Source: a virus
DNA length: 64,000 nucleotides
Reading direction: 5' to 3' (one strand)
IMG/VR virus record: IMGVR_UViG_3300037042_004000
Location: 1-64,000 of that record
The notes under the pieces are model-generated. The model searched no databases. It worked only from the letters and a program-made list of their open reading frames with translations, and was not told the origin of the DNA. Shown in pieces: positions 38,805 to 48,109 of this stretch. Numbering within the stretch: the stretch's first letter is position 1; every line of letters begins with the position of its first letter. The translations under genes and the position numbers were made by a program.

Positions 38805-40735
38805 TGGCAAGAACAGGTTTTCCACCAATTCCAGCATATCCTATAGGATTAGACACCGATAGGACTTTGTATCTGGTATACAATACAACAGAAAGCCAAT
38901 TATCTGTTGATAATCAGGCTTGGTCTGAAAGTGTTGATATTACTCCTGTGGGTGCTGATGCATCTGAAATATGGGCTGAAAATGGATATGCCAATATTGA
39001 TGGAGAACTTTTTTATTATGATGCTGTAGATACAGATGTAAACGATAAAGTAAACAAACTTCTTAGATGTGCTAGAAATTTAGGTGGCACTCATACAAAA
39101 TTTAATAAAGCTGGAATTTGGGTTAGAGGATTTGTGGTGGCAGAGCATCACAACCAATTAGTAGATACTTTGTTGTCTATTGAAGAATTTGTAGGAAAGA
39201 TAAGTTCGGAAGATCCAGAAACAATTGATTATCGCATTAGAAGATTAGAGAGGGAGCCAGAGTGTCTTGATGATTTTAAATGTGTAGACGTAGACTTCAA
39301 ATTCGATGTTGTTTCTGAAATAACTTTAACAAATCCTTGTGAATTGAATGTTGTTCCAATCTTATCTCCTTGTAAAGGAACAGAAGTAAATTATTCAATT
39401 GGTTTAAATGGTTCTTTTACAAGTTTTAGATTAGATTTTGGAGATGGAGATTGGACAACTGCTTTAAGCGGAACGCACACTTATCCGCCTAATACCACAT
39501 TAGACCCAGTGATTACTGTTGTAAATGAACATTGTCAAGTAGTTCAAACTGCTAATTCTAGAGAAGCGAATACAATACCTAGTGCAGTACAACAAGTTAC
39601 TCCTACTATACCATTAATTGATATACTTATTCCAGATATCATAATACCGTCGTTTACGTTACCAAGTGTTACACTTACTTTTCCACCAATTGTAACACAA
39701 TGTATTAGCATACCAGATTTTGCTTCAGCTATTATTATTGATATAATTGGAGCCTTGCCAAGTATTATTGTTTTTGATAATTTACCAGATATTCCTAGTA
39801 TTATTACATTTGGTGGAATAACAGTGCCTAGCATTATTTCATTCGGGGCAGTTTACATTCCTGATACTATTACTTTTGGGGCGGTTGACATTCCTGATAC
39901 TATTACTTTTGGGGCGGTTGACATTCCTGATACTATTACTTTTGGGGCGGTTGACATTCCTGATACGATTGAGTTTGTTGGTTATAGTCATATTCCTTCT
40001 CGTATTGAGTTCTATGGGACTGAATCTTTTAGTTTGATTCCGTCTAGAATTGTATTTAGCACTGCATGGTATGTGGCACCCGGCGGGAATCCTTGGTTTC
40101 CGTCTCTTGTTACCATTAGCGGATTACAGGTTCCGTCTATAATTACTATGAGTTGGCTCGAACCGCCAACCATGTCAGTAGTAGTTACTTGTAGTGCTCC
40201 TGGTTCTATGTTAGGTCCAAATCCTTCGCAAGATGGTTTTGAAGGAAATAACGTGGAAGTAGAAGTAGGAATACCATCAGAAATTAATCTAAGACATGAT
40301 CTTCCAAGAGAATTGTTAGTTAAATCAGTAGGGATACCAGAAGATATAGAAATTGTTGGATTGGAGATACCAAAAGAAATTAGTATTGTTGGCAATATTC
40401 CTAAATCTATTTTCTTAGAACCAGTTAATATTCCATCTTCAATTAAGTTAGATGCATCTGATTTGCCAACAACAATTAAACTTGAAATGATTATGCCAAT
40501 CATTAGTTTAGATGCATCTGGTCTACCTAGTACAATAAAAGTAGAAGGAATACCTGATACCATTGAAATAAAGGGATTTATTCCTAGTGTAATTGAATTA
40601 AGAGTGCCTGAAAATATGGAAGTTCCACTAGTTTATAAGGGCGGTCCCATACCAGTTCAGTTTGATATGAAAAATTTGACTGGTGAAGGACAAGATTTGC
40701 CGTGTTTCGCCATAATTCCATGTGCTAAAAAATAA
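38804..40735 (+). CDS. Fibre-like protein 3 with PKD-like domain and IPxxI repeat shaft
   Basis: AEHHN module; LDFGDG; many IP(S/D)xI repeats. Confidence 0.7.
   Translation: MARTGFPPIPAYPIGLDTDRTLYLVYNTTESQLSVDNQAWSESVDITPVGADASEIWAENGYANIDGELFYYDAVDTDVNDKVNKLLRCARNLGGTHTKFNKAGIWVRGFVVAEHHNQLVDTLLSIEEFVGKISSEDPETIDYRIRRLEREPECLDDFKCVDVDFKFDVVSEITLTNPCELNVVPILSPCKGTEVNYSIGLNGSFTSFRLDFGDGDWTTALSGTHTYPPNTTLDPVITVVNEHCQVVQTANSREANTIPSAVQQVTPTIPLIDILIPDIIIPSFTLPSVTLTFPPIVTQCISIPDFASAIIIDIIGALPSIIVFDNLPDIPSIITFGGITVPSIISFGAVYIPDTITFGAVDIPDTITFGAVDIPDTITFGAVDIPDTIEFVGYSHIPSRIEFYGTESFSLIPSRIVFSTAWYVAPGGNPWFPSLVTISGLQVPSIITMSWLEPPTMSVVVTCSAPGSMLGPNPSQDGFEGNNVEVEVGIPSEINLRHDLPRELLVKSVGIPEDIEIVGLEIPKEISIVGNIPKSIFLEPVNIPSSIKLDASDLPTTIKLEMIMPIISLDASGLPSTIKVEGIPDTIEIKGFIPSVIELRVPENMEVPLVYKGGPIPVQFDMKNLTGEGQDLPCFAIIPCAKK
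39857..39966 (+). repeat. 33-bp in-frame tandem repeat x3.3 (IPDTITFGAVD)
   Basis: Exact DNA copies at 39857, 39890 and 39923. Confidence 0.93.
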
Positions 40736-41592
40736 TGCGTATCAAAATACACAAGACTAGAAATCAATACATTTTAACAAATTCTAACATCTGGGTAAGA
40801 AATTTTTGTTTACCTGATGTGCCACCATTAGATATTAATCATTTAGTTAGTGAAAATGATTGTTCTCTTTTTCTTGAGAACGAAGTTTGTCATAGGAAGA
40901 AAGGAATCAATGAATTAGACTGGGGTAATTATAAACATGAAAATGTAATAATCGTATCTGATGGATATGAATTTGATTCAAAACAATTGATATTGGAAAA
41001 ATTTAAGGAAAAAATTGCAGTTTTTGGAACGAATGGATCATTGTGTAAATGGGGTTATGCTGCCAAAGATAAAAGATACAAAAGGGCCATGACTTGGTAT
41101 GTGGTAAATAATCCATATGCTGAAGCTAAACGATTTTTACCTAAACATGATTATTTTCCAAGATGTTTAGCAGCAGCAAGAGCAAATGCAGACTTTCTTA
41201 AATCTTATAAAGGACATAAGCATCTTTATTTTCCTATAAAAGATAGGTTATATTCTGGACTTTCTCATGATTCTGGTGTTTATGTTGATGATTATAGAAA
41301 TCCAATATGCGCTTCTATCTCTCTAGCATTTCGGGCTGGAGCTAAAAAGATACTATTGTTTTGTTGTGATAATTCTTTTGATAAAGAGCGTCCTGGAGCA
41401 GAAAGTTTAGAAAATGGTTTGTGGCAATATCCTCAACAAAACATATCCAATGAAATAATGGATGCTATGGGATATTGGTTAAAAAATGTGGGAATTATGA
41501 TTGCAAATCATTCTTCTGGACCAAATTTTAAAAACATACAATATATAACAGCAGAAGAATGCATAGACTTTTTCAAGGACAATAATGGATGA
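40735..41592 (+). CDS. Maf/DUF115-like (sialyltransferase-type fold) protein
   Basis: VIIVSDG...FGTNG...ASISLAFRAGAKKILLFCCD. Confidence 0.55.
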   Translation: MRIKIHKTRNQYILTNSNIWVRNFCLPDVPPLDINHLVSENDCSLFLENEVCHRKKGINELDWGNYKHENVIIVSDGYEFDSKQLILEKFKEKIAVFGTNGSLCKWGYAAKDKRYKRAMTWYVVNNPYAEAKRFLPKHDYFPRCLAAARANADFLKSYKGHKHLYFPIKDRLYSGLSHDSGVYVDDYRNPICASISLAFRAGAKKILLFCCDNSFDKERPGAESLENGLWQYPQQNISNEIMDAMGYWLKNVGIMIANHSSGPNFKNIQYITAEECIDFFKDNNG

Positions 41593-41878
41593 ACCAAAAT
41601 TTTCATTAGATGATTTTAAACATTGGATGAAAAATCAAAATGAATATGTTTATAAAATGTCAAAAAGCAATGTTTTAATTGGCATAATGGTAGAATCTAA
41701 ATTCGCTTCTATGAGATTAAAAAACAAAATATTTCCAGAAGATGGCGATCTTTGTGAATTAGCCAAAGATTTTAAAGATGGTGGTGGCAAAATAATACAT
41801 GTCGATGGAAAAAGTTTCTTGATAGAAGTGAATTCTGGCACATTCTACATACCTAGACAATACGTCCGGAAGATTTAG
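41585..41878 (+). CDS. Hypothetical protein
   Basis: ORF track; FKHWM motif. Confidence 0.6.
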   Translation: MDEPKFSLDDFKHWMKNQNEYVYKMSKSNVLIGIMVESKFASMRLKNKIFPEDGDLCELAKDFKDGGGKIIHVDGKSFLIEVNSGTFYIPRQYVRKI

Positions 41879-42233
41879 TTCCTCTTTTTATCATAGTTTT
41901 CAAAGGTTTTAATGGTAGGTTAGCTACAATTGTTTGTGTTGGTTTTGTGAAATTTTTTGGTTGATGTATTAAATTTGCTTTTATTGGTAGATTTGAATAT
42001 CCTTTTTTTATCAATTTTTCTCTTAGTTTATTAAAATTATCAGCACTTTCCAACCAAACTTCCCATAACATCCTATTTTCATGAACTGTACTGGAAATAG
42101 ATTGAGCTAAATCTTCAGGTAATCCTAATTTTTTTATATCGCTTACTGAGGTTCTGCCTATTTTATCCCCTTTAAAAGCCGTAAGAATTTTGATCCCTTT
42201 TTTGTCTCGTCTCGCTAAGTATAGATAAATCAT
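41853..42233 (-). CDS. Basic hypothetical protein
   Basis: ORF track; probable start MIYLYL. Confidence 0.5.
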   Translation of the reverse strand: MIYLYLARRDKKGIKILTAFKGDKIGRTSVSDIKKLGLPEDLAQSISSTVHENRMLWEVWLESADNFNKLREKLIKKGYSNLPIKANLIHQPKNFTKPTQTIVANLPLKPLKTMIKRGTKSSGRIV

Positions 42234-42369
42234 TTTTATCCTCATAATATGTTTCAAAAATTGTTTCTAAAACTAACTTAGTATATGAATCCATTGTTCC
42301 AAATTGTTGAAACATGGATTTTATAGTATCTTCCATTAGTTTAGCATCTTCTAAATCGGAGGTTTTCAT

Positions 42370-42990
42370 TTGCTGCCATATCCTCAATATGTTGAAATTA
42401 AAGATAAATATTGTTTAGCCTATTCAGGTAATTGTAATGAGTACATAGTCCAACTATTGTATTTATTAAACGCAATTGAAAAAGAGTTGCCAGGAATTAA
42501 AATTTATGTTGCTTGTAAAAAAGAATTGTTGTATTTAGCTGGTAAATTTAATACAGATAGATTGGTGTCATTAGATTTAATTAATGATTTTGGTAAAATT
42601 TTTGCTTATACTAGAATTTTAAATTGCGATTTAAAAAGTCATCCTATTTTACAATTATTAGAAGAATCTAATTTAACACTATCTTTTTTAGAATCTGTTG
42701 TTCCTATATCAGAAACTAGAAAATGTGTCATTTCTCCAAAGGGACTTTTGCCTACAAAATCTTTGGAATACAATGTAATAAATCAATTAAAGGAAATGGC
42801 TAGTTCTGAGGGGTATGATGTTGAAATTGGTGATGATATAAGTGGTGCTGGTTGGGTTATTGGTGTAGAAAATATGGCATTATTTCTAGCCGCAATTAAT
42901 GGAATAAGAACGACTTTGGTGCCAACAGGAGTTGGGACAGAATTTTATAAGAAATTATTTCCAAAAAATGAAGTTTTGATGCATATATAA
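42370..42990 (+). CDS. Degenerate GT-B (GT9-like) fold protein
   Basis: LPGIKIYV, ISP...KSL, VIGVENMALFLAAINGIRTT. Confidence 0.45.
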   Translation: MLPYPQYVEIKDKYCLAYSGNCNEYIVQLLYLLNAIEKELPGIKIYVACKKELLYLAGKFNTDRLVSLDLINDFGKIFAYTRILNCDLKSHPILQLLEESNLTLSFLESVVPISETRKCVISPKGLLPTKSLEYNVINQLKEMASSEGYDVEIGDDISGAGWVIGVENMALFLAAINGIRTTLVPTGVGTEFYKKLFPKNEVLMHI

Positions 42991-43038
42991 TTTTGAGATT
43001 GATTGTTAAAACAATTTTATATAATTGAGGAGATAAAA

Positions 43039-43629
43039 ATGAGCGTATTTAGAGTAGCCCTTAACAACACAGCCCAGGGTTTAATGGACAATACTTATGA
43101 GACAGGTCATGGTGTCCAGGCTGTTCCTAGTATTCAGAGAACCGTTTATATCATGGGACCAAATAAGATTAATCGAGAATTGGCCGATGGTGAAACGTTT
43201 ACCGATTGCAACTACTATAAGAGATTTTGCTATCCACAAGTAGCCTTGAGTGAGGCAATTTTGACGTTGGTAACGGATGATGGTAGCGTATGGTCGGATG
43301 TTGAATCTGAAAACACTTATCCATTAGTTTACACTTTGACATGTCTTAGTGGCACCACTTACACTGACGCTGCTAATATAGCTGATATTGCTGGTGACAC
43401 TGGTGGGTATGCGGTATTCTGTCAGATTACTAATACTGGTGCTAACGATGTTCAAGTTAGGCTCAACGGCGCTGCAACTGCTATCTTCACATTGGAAGAT
43501 GGTACAAGCCAAGCGTTTAATGCTGGTGACTTGTCGGTAACTAAAGTTGAAGTAAGCAATAGTGCTTCTGGCGCTGCTACATGTGTTGTTGAAGTTTTGT
43601 GCTCGGTTAAGTCCGTAGCCAATAGTTAA
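43039..43629 (+). CDS. Putative abundant structural protein
   Basis: GAGGAG RBS, T/A/V-rich beta composition, has its own terminator. Confidence 0.6.
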   Translation: MSVFRVALNNTAQGLMDNTYETGHGVQAVPSIQRTVYIMGPNKINRELADGETFTDCNYYKRFCYPQVALSEAILTLVTDDGSVWSDVESENTYPLVYTLTCLSGTTYTDAANIADIAGDTGGYAVFCQITNTGANDVQVRLNGAATAIFTLEDGTSQAFNAGDLSVTKVEVSNSASGAATCVVEVLCSVKSVANS

Positions 43630-43648
43630 TAACTATTTAAGTTGATGT

Positions 43649-43689
43649 AAAAAAAGGCTTGTTAATTCATTTAACAAGCCTTTTTTTTT
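43649..43689. terminator. Rho-independent terminator
   Basis: AGGCTTGTTAA/TTAACAAGCCT stem flanked by A7 and T9. Confidence 0.9.
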
Positions 43690-43712
43690 GTTGTTTCACA
43701 CTAAATTAGGAT

Positions 43713-44717
43713 ATGTTTCTTAAGGGCATAAAAACAAAACGCACTAAATTTAAAACACCAAGTACATTGACTTTAAGACAATTTTACGAAAGAAGAAACA
43801 AAGTATTAATTTTGCGAGAAACAGGGGGATTGGGTGACCTTTTAATGCATCGTATGATGTTTGAGGATTTTAAAAAATTGTGTCCAGAGATTGAAATGCA
43901 TTTTGCTTGTTTGCCACAATACCACACCGCTCTTAAAGATCATCCATTTATTGATAAGGTTTTAAATTCTAAAGAAGTTGAACCAAAAGATTATATTAAC
44001 TATCATATTACAACATGTGCCTGTACAAGATATGAAATGTCAAGAATCCCTTTTTCTGGTCTTAACAGAAGTGATATTTGGGCTAATCATTGCGGTGTTA
44101 AATTAACAGAACACGATGCTCATATCAATGTTTCTAAAGATTGTGTTCAATTTAGTAAAGAAAGCATAGAAAAGATTAGGAATGGCCACACTGGTCCAGG
44201 TGTTTTATTGTGTCCAATTTCTGCTATGGTTGTAAAAAATTTAACAAAGTTACAATTAGAGGGGGTTGTTAAAGGTTTGCGAAAAAGAGGTTGTTTTGTA
44301 TATGCTTGTCATACTACACCAATTCAAGATTTAGCAGGATTGGATGTTCCTATATTTACACAAATGACTTATCCAAAAATGTTTGGATTAATACAAGAGA
44401 GCGATTATGTTGTTTCTGTTGATACAGGACAATTTCATTTAGCCGGGATGTTAAAACGGCCATTAACTGGTATTTTTACTTTTTGTGACGGGAAAGTTTA
44501 CTCAAGACACTATGAAGCAGAGTTGGTTCAAAAACACAGAGATAATGGGGATTGGGATTGTGGTCCTTGTTATAATTGGGCAAATTGTGAAATATCTAAA
44601 ATTGTTCCAAAACCTTGTTTGACGGAAATAACGGTGGATATGATATTAGATGGTATTGATAGAATGTTTAAAAGATGGCCGCATCCACACTATTATATAG
44701 ATAATGGGCAGTCGTAG
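43713..44717 (+). CDS. Glycosyltransferase family 9 (heptosyltransferase-like)
   Basis: GGLGDLL, HPFID, VVSVDTGQFHLAGMLKRP, C..C...CL.EITVD. Confidence 0.88.
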   Translation: MFLKGIKTKRTKFKTPSTLTLRQFYERRNKVLILRETGGLGDLLMHRMMFEDFKKLCPEIEMHFACLPQYHTALKDHPFIDKVLNSKEVEPKDYINYHITTCACTRYEMSRIPFSGLNRSDIWANHCGVKLTEHDAHINVSKDCVQFSKESIEKIRNGHTGPGVLLCPISAMVVKNLTKLQLEGVVKGLRKRGCFVYACHTTPIQDLAGLDVPIFTQMTYPKMFGLIQESDYVVSVDTGQFHLAGMLKRPLTGIFTFCDGKVYSRHYEAELVQKHRDNGDWDCGPCYNWANCEISKIVPKPCLTEITVDMILDGIDRMFKRWPHPHYYIDNGQS

Positions 44718-44928
44718 TAGCAAAAATCAGGTTCAAATAATTACTCGTGATGGAGAAGTCAAAATTAAACTGGAAATTGACATCAATATCAATGGTGGCG
44801 ATATTACTGTGAAAGCTGCCCAAGGAGGAGGAGACCGATTGGAAGAGAAAGAAGAAAATATCTGGGCTATTCCAGACTTTACAAGCTTAGAAAAAATTAA
44901 TTTTGGTAAAGAAGTGAAAGGAGAATAA
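44704..44928 (+). CDS. Small protein directly upstream of the actin-like gene
   Basis: TATATA-N4-ATG start; 1 nt gap to the next gene. Confidence 0.6.
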   Translation: MGSRSSKNQVQIITRDGEVKIKLEIDININGGDITVKAAQGGGDRLEEKEENIWAIPDFTSLEKINFGKEVKGE

Positions 44929-44929
44929 G

Positions 44930-45940
44930 ATGGGATATTTGGGTGTCGATTGTGGAACATATAATTTAGTAACATGTCGTAGAGATAAAGAAGATAACTT
45001 TGTATACAAAAAAGAGATTAATGCCTTTATTGAAGTGCCATTGGAAACAGATTTTGTATTCAACATGATGAAAAAAGCAGGAGTTCCATTAATTGAAAGA
45101 CGTGAGGCTAAAATAGCATATGCGTTGGGTGAAGCTGCTATAAATATGGCATATACCATGAACCTGGATTTAAAACGTCCTATGAGTCATGGGTGTTTGA
45201 ATCCCAAAGAAAAACATGCACAACAGATAATGAGTATTATGATTCATAGTTTGATTGGTGATTTGTCAGATCAAAATGAAACAGTTTACTATTCTACTCC
45301 TGCCAATGCAATTAATGAAGAAACTGATGCTGATTATCATACTAAAGTTCTAGAAGCTATTTTTAAAGGATATGAGGATTCTAAAGGAAACAAAATTAAA
45401 CCATTCCCAATTAATGAGGGATTGGCCGTGATTTATGCAGAGTTGCAAGATAAGAATTTTACGGGCGTTGGAATTTCATTCGGGTCCGGGATGATAAATA
45501 TTTGTTTCTCCATTTTTGCAAATCCTGCATTCAAATTCTCTCTCGTCAACTCCGGGGATTGGATAGATCGACAAGCAGCCAAGGCTACTGGAGAATCTCC
45601 TACTTTTATCAACAAAGAAAAAACCAAAATTGATTTTACCCAACAAAGTGATAGTTTGGTCGATAGAGCAATTAAAACACAATACGAAATTATGATGCAA
45701 AAAACTGTTACTGGCATCAAACAAGGTTTAGAGCAAACTGGTAGTAAAGCAAGAACAGACCATCCTATTGATATCGTTATTGCTGGCGGAACTAGTTTAC
45801 CTAATGGATTTGACACCATGTTTGCAGATGTTCTAAAGAAAGCTAATTTACCTATTAAATTAGGAAATGTTATTAGACCAAAAGATCCGTTATTTAGTGT
45901 GGCCAAAGGCACGCTAATAGCGGCAGAAAATTCAATATAG
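44930..45940 (+). CDS. Actin-superfamily ATPase (volactin/MamK/ParM-like)
   Basis: Phosphate-1 GVDCGT, connect INEG, phosphate-2 GISFGSG, adenosine IAGGTS, SVAKG. Confidence 0.88.
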   Translation: MGYLGVDCGTYNLVTCRRDKEDNFVYKKEINAFIEVPLETDFVFNMMKKAGVPLIERREAKIAYALGEAAINMAYTMNLDLKRPMSHGCLNPKEKHAQQIMSIMIHSLIGDLSDQNETVYYSTPANAINEETDADYHTKVLEAIFKGYEDSKGNKIKPFPINEGLAVIYAELQDKNFTGVGISFGSGMINICFSIFANPAFKFSLVNSGDWIDRQAAKATGESPTFINKEKTKIDFTQQSDSLVDRAIKTQYEIMMQKTVTGIKQGLEQTGSKARTDHPIDIVIAGGTSLPNGFDTMFADVLKKANLPIKLGNVIRPKDPLFSVAKGTLIAAENSI

Positions 45941-45949
45941 GAGAAAGAA

Positions 45950-46540
45950 ATGGACGATCATGAATTAAAGCAAGTTTTAAGGAAAGAGAAATATTATCCT
46001 TTTTTAGCAGCGTTGAGAAAAAATGAGCAAATATCTTTGCCGTCATTGCCACATTTTACTGTTGATAAAGAATATGAAATCTATGAAGAGCGATTAACAG
46101 GGCTTGGTGTGCCAGGCGAATGGCCTAGTAGGATGTCCTACGTTGTTAAAAATAATATAGGAAAAACTACTATTGTTCCTATTGGCTATTTTACACCTAT
46201 TGTAAATTTGAGTCATGAAGTGGAAGATTGTACAGAAAATATTCGTGAAATACATAAAACCAAAGGATGCAATCCTTCTGGAATTCCTGATATTATTTGG
46301 GATTACAAGAAGTGTTTAAGAGAGGCAAAAAATTATTTAATTTTAGCAGGAGTTGAATCTGATTATTTAATTTTAGCAGAAGTTGAAGCTGATAATAATT
46401 TTGAGGATTTAAAGTCTAGTTCCAGCAGTAGTTCAAAGTCTAGTTCTAGTAGTAGTTCAAAGTCTAGTTCTAGTAGTAGTTCAAAACTTCAATTGGACAA
46501 TTTGGCTACTGCTATTGCTGATTTACGGGAAAGAATTTAA
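45950..46540 (+). CDS. Hypothetical protein with a Ser-rich repeat
   Basis: GGAG RBS; (KSSSSSSS)x3. Confidence 0.55.
   Translation: MDDHELKQVLRKEKYYPFLAALRKNEQISLPSLPHFTVDKEYEIYEERLTGLGVPGEWPSRMSYVVKNNIGKTTIVPIGYFTPIVNLSHEVEDCTENIREIHKTKGCNPSGIPDIIWDYKKCLREAKNYLILAGVESDYLILAEVEADNNFEDLKSSSSSSSKSSSSSSSKSSSSSSSKLQLDNLATAIADLRERI
46412..46483 (+). repeat. 24-bp in-frame tandem repeat x3
   Basis: AAGTCTAGTTCYAGYAGTAGTTCA units. Confidence 0.9.
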
Positions 46541-46812
46541 TGAAAGAAGGAGAAAAAATGGAAAAGAAAAAAGAAAGTATGCAACCAATGGTTCAAAAAG
46601 ATGTATCAGATTTGGGAGCGGGTGCTTACCTTTTGATGCTAGGATATAAGGTAATAGGCAGAAAGGGCAAATCTATTATATTTGAGGTAGAAGAGACTGG
46701 TAGTAGGGAATTTGAACAAAATACCCTAGAATATCTTTCTAGTGATTTTCATAGATTTGATTCATGCCTCATGTCCCTTAAGAAAATTAATGAATATATG
46801 CCTGATAGATAG
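46540..46812 (+). CDS. Small DUF5659-like protein
   Basis: SDLGAGAYLLMLGY.V......IIFEV. Confidence 0.45.
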   Translation: MKEGEKMEKKKESMQPMVQKDVSDLGAGAYLLMLGYKVIGRKGKSIIFEVEETGSREFEQNTLEYLSSDFHRFDSCLMSLKKINEYMPDR

Positions 46813-46834
46813 TGAAGTAATTCATATATAAGTT

Positions 46835-48109
46835 ATGGATACAAAAGATATTAAAGTTGCAATGGACAAAATAGAGGCTGATTTTGCTTCTGAGATTTCG
46901 CAACTTTTCGACGCTTTAAAAATTAAACTTAATAATATTCAATCGCCGGTTCAACCTACACCTCCTACACAAACACAGGTTGAACCGGCGTCTCCTATTG
47001 AACAACCACAAGTAAATCCTAATTGGAAAATGCCAACTTGGTGGGACACATTCAGACAACATGGTGCCATTGGTGTAGGTAAAAGAATTTGGAGAGGAAC
47101 TAATCCTCATGATGACAATGTTTGGTCACGTATAAATAAAGAATCATTTTTGCCATCTTTAGAAGATTATCTTATGATTGAAAGAGAATCAATTAATTTG
47201 GTTAATGAGTTCTTCCAATTAAATGAGGCAATAAGCCCAGAAATAGCTAGAATATTAGATGCTTTTAAAGCACAAGTTATTAAGGTTGTAAAAAGAACTG
47301 GTTTTAAGATATTTAAATTGGGTCGTTTGGTTAAACCAGTTGAACAATCGCCAGTTGAACAACCGCCAGTTGAACAACCAACTACAAACATGCCTTCAGA
47401 ACCAATTGTGGCCATGCCTGGCAGAAGTCCTTTTGTAACAGCATCTACCGAAGACCCAGAAGAACCAAAACCTGAACCCGAAGAACCTAATATACCACTA
47501 TCAAATGAGCCAGAACAAATTCTTAAAAATTACGGGCTTAAGGCAATGCAAATTCGGGCTATAAAAAGCAGGGGAGAAGATGCCTTGTCTAAAGCAGCAG
47601 ATTTTGTTACAAAAGCTAAATCAGCACAAAATGAAGCAGAATTTGCTGAAGCAGTTTTAGGAGAAACTTACAAGACATTACTTAAAAAAGGATATAGTCC
47701 ACAAAAATGGTTTAAGAAAGACCAATTGCCGCATATTGAATTTGTAGATCATCAAGACCCTGATGCAGAAGAAGCTTTAGCGGATATCTGTGTCGCTTTA
47801 AAAAGAGGAGATCTATTTAAAATTATTGTAGAACCGAAAGAAAAGGGAGAGGTTCAAAAGAATATGATGTCATTAATGCCTGGCCCAGGGGTCTTTTATA
47901 AGGATAAGGCACGGGTATTTGATGAATTGAAAAAAGCTCTTGGTAGCGAAAAAGATGCTGAAGTAGAACAGTATTTAGATAATAAAATATCGCAAAGATT
48001 TCCTGCTAATAGTGTTGTAGATAAGGCTCAAAAAGAATCTGGAAGACGATCTAATTATGCAAATAGATCAAAAAGTCTATTTGATAAATTTGGCGAACCA
48101 AATTATTAA
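46835..48109 (+). CDS. Pro/Glu-rich hypothetical protein, possible internal protein
   Basis: TATATA-N4-ATG; PVEQ repeats. Confidence 0.65.
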   Translation: MDTKDIKVAMDKIEADFASEISQLFDALKIKLNNIQSPVQPTPPTQTQVEPASPIEQPQVNPNWKMPTWWDTFRQHGAIGVGKRIWRGTNPHDDNVWSRINKESFLPSLEDYLMIERESINLVNEFFQLNEAISPEIARILDAFKAQVIKVVKRTGFKIFKLGRLVKPVEQSPVEQPPVEQPTTNMPSEPIVAMPGRSPFVTASTEDPEEPKPEPEEPNIPLSNEPEQILKNYGLKAMQIRAIKSRGEDALSKAADFVTKAKSAQNEAEFAEAVLGETYKTLLKKGYSPQKWFKKDQLPHIEFVDHQDPDAEEALADICVALKRGDLFKIIVEPKEKGEVQKNMMSLMPGPGVFYKDKARVFDELKKALGSEKDAEVEQYLDNKISQRFPANSVVDKAQKESGRRSNYANRSKSLFDKFGEPNY

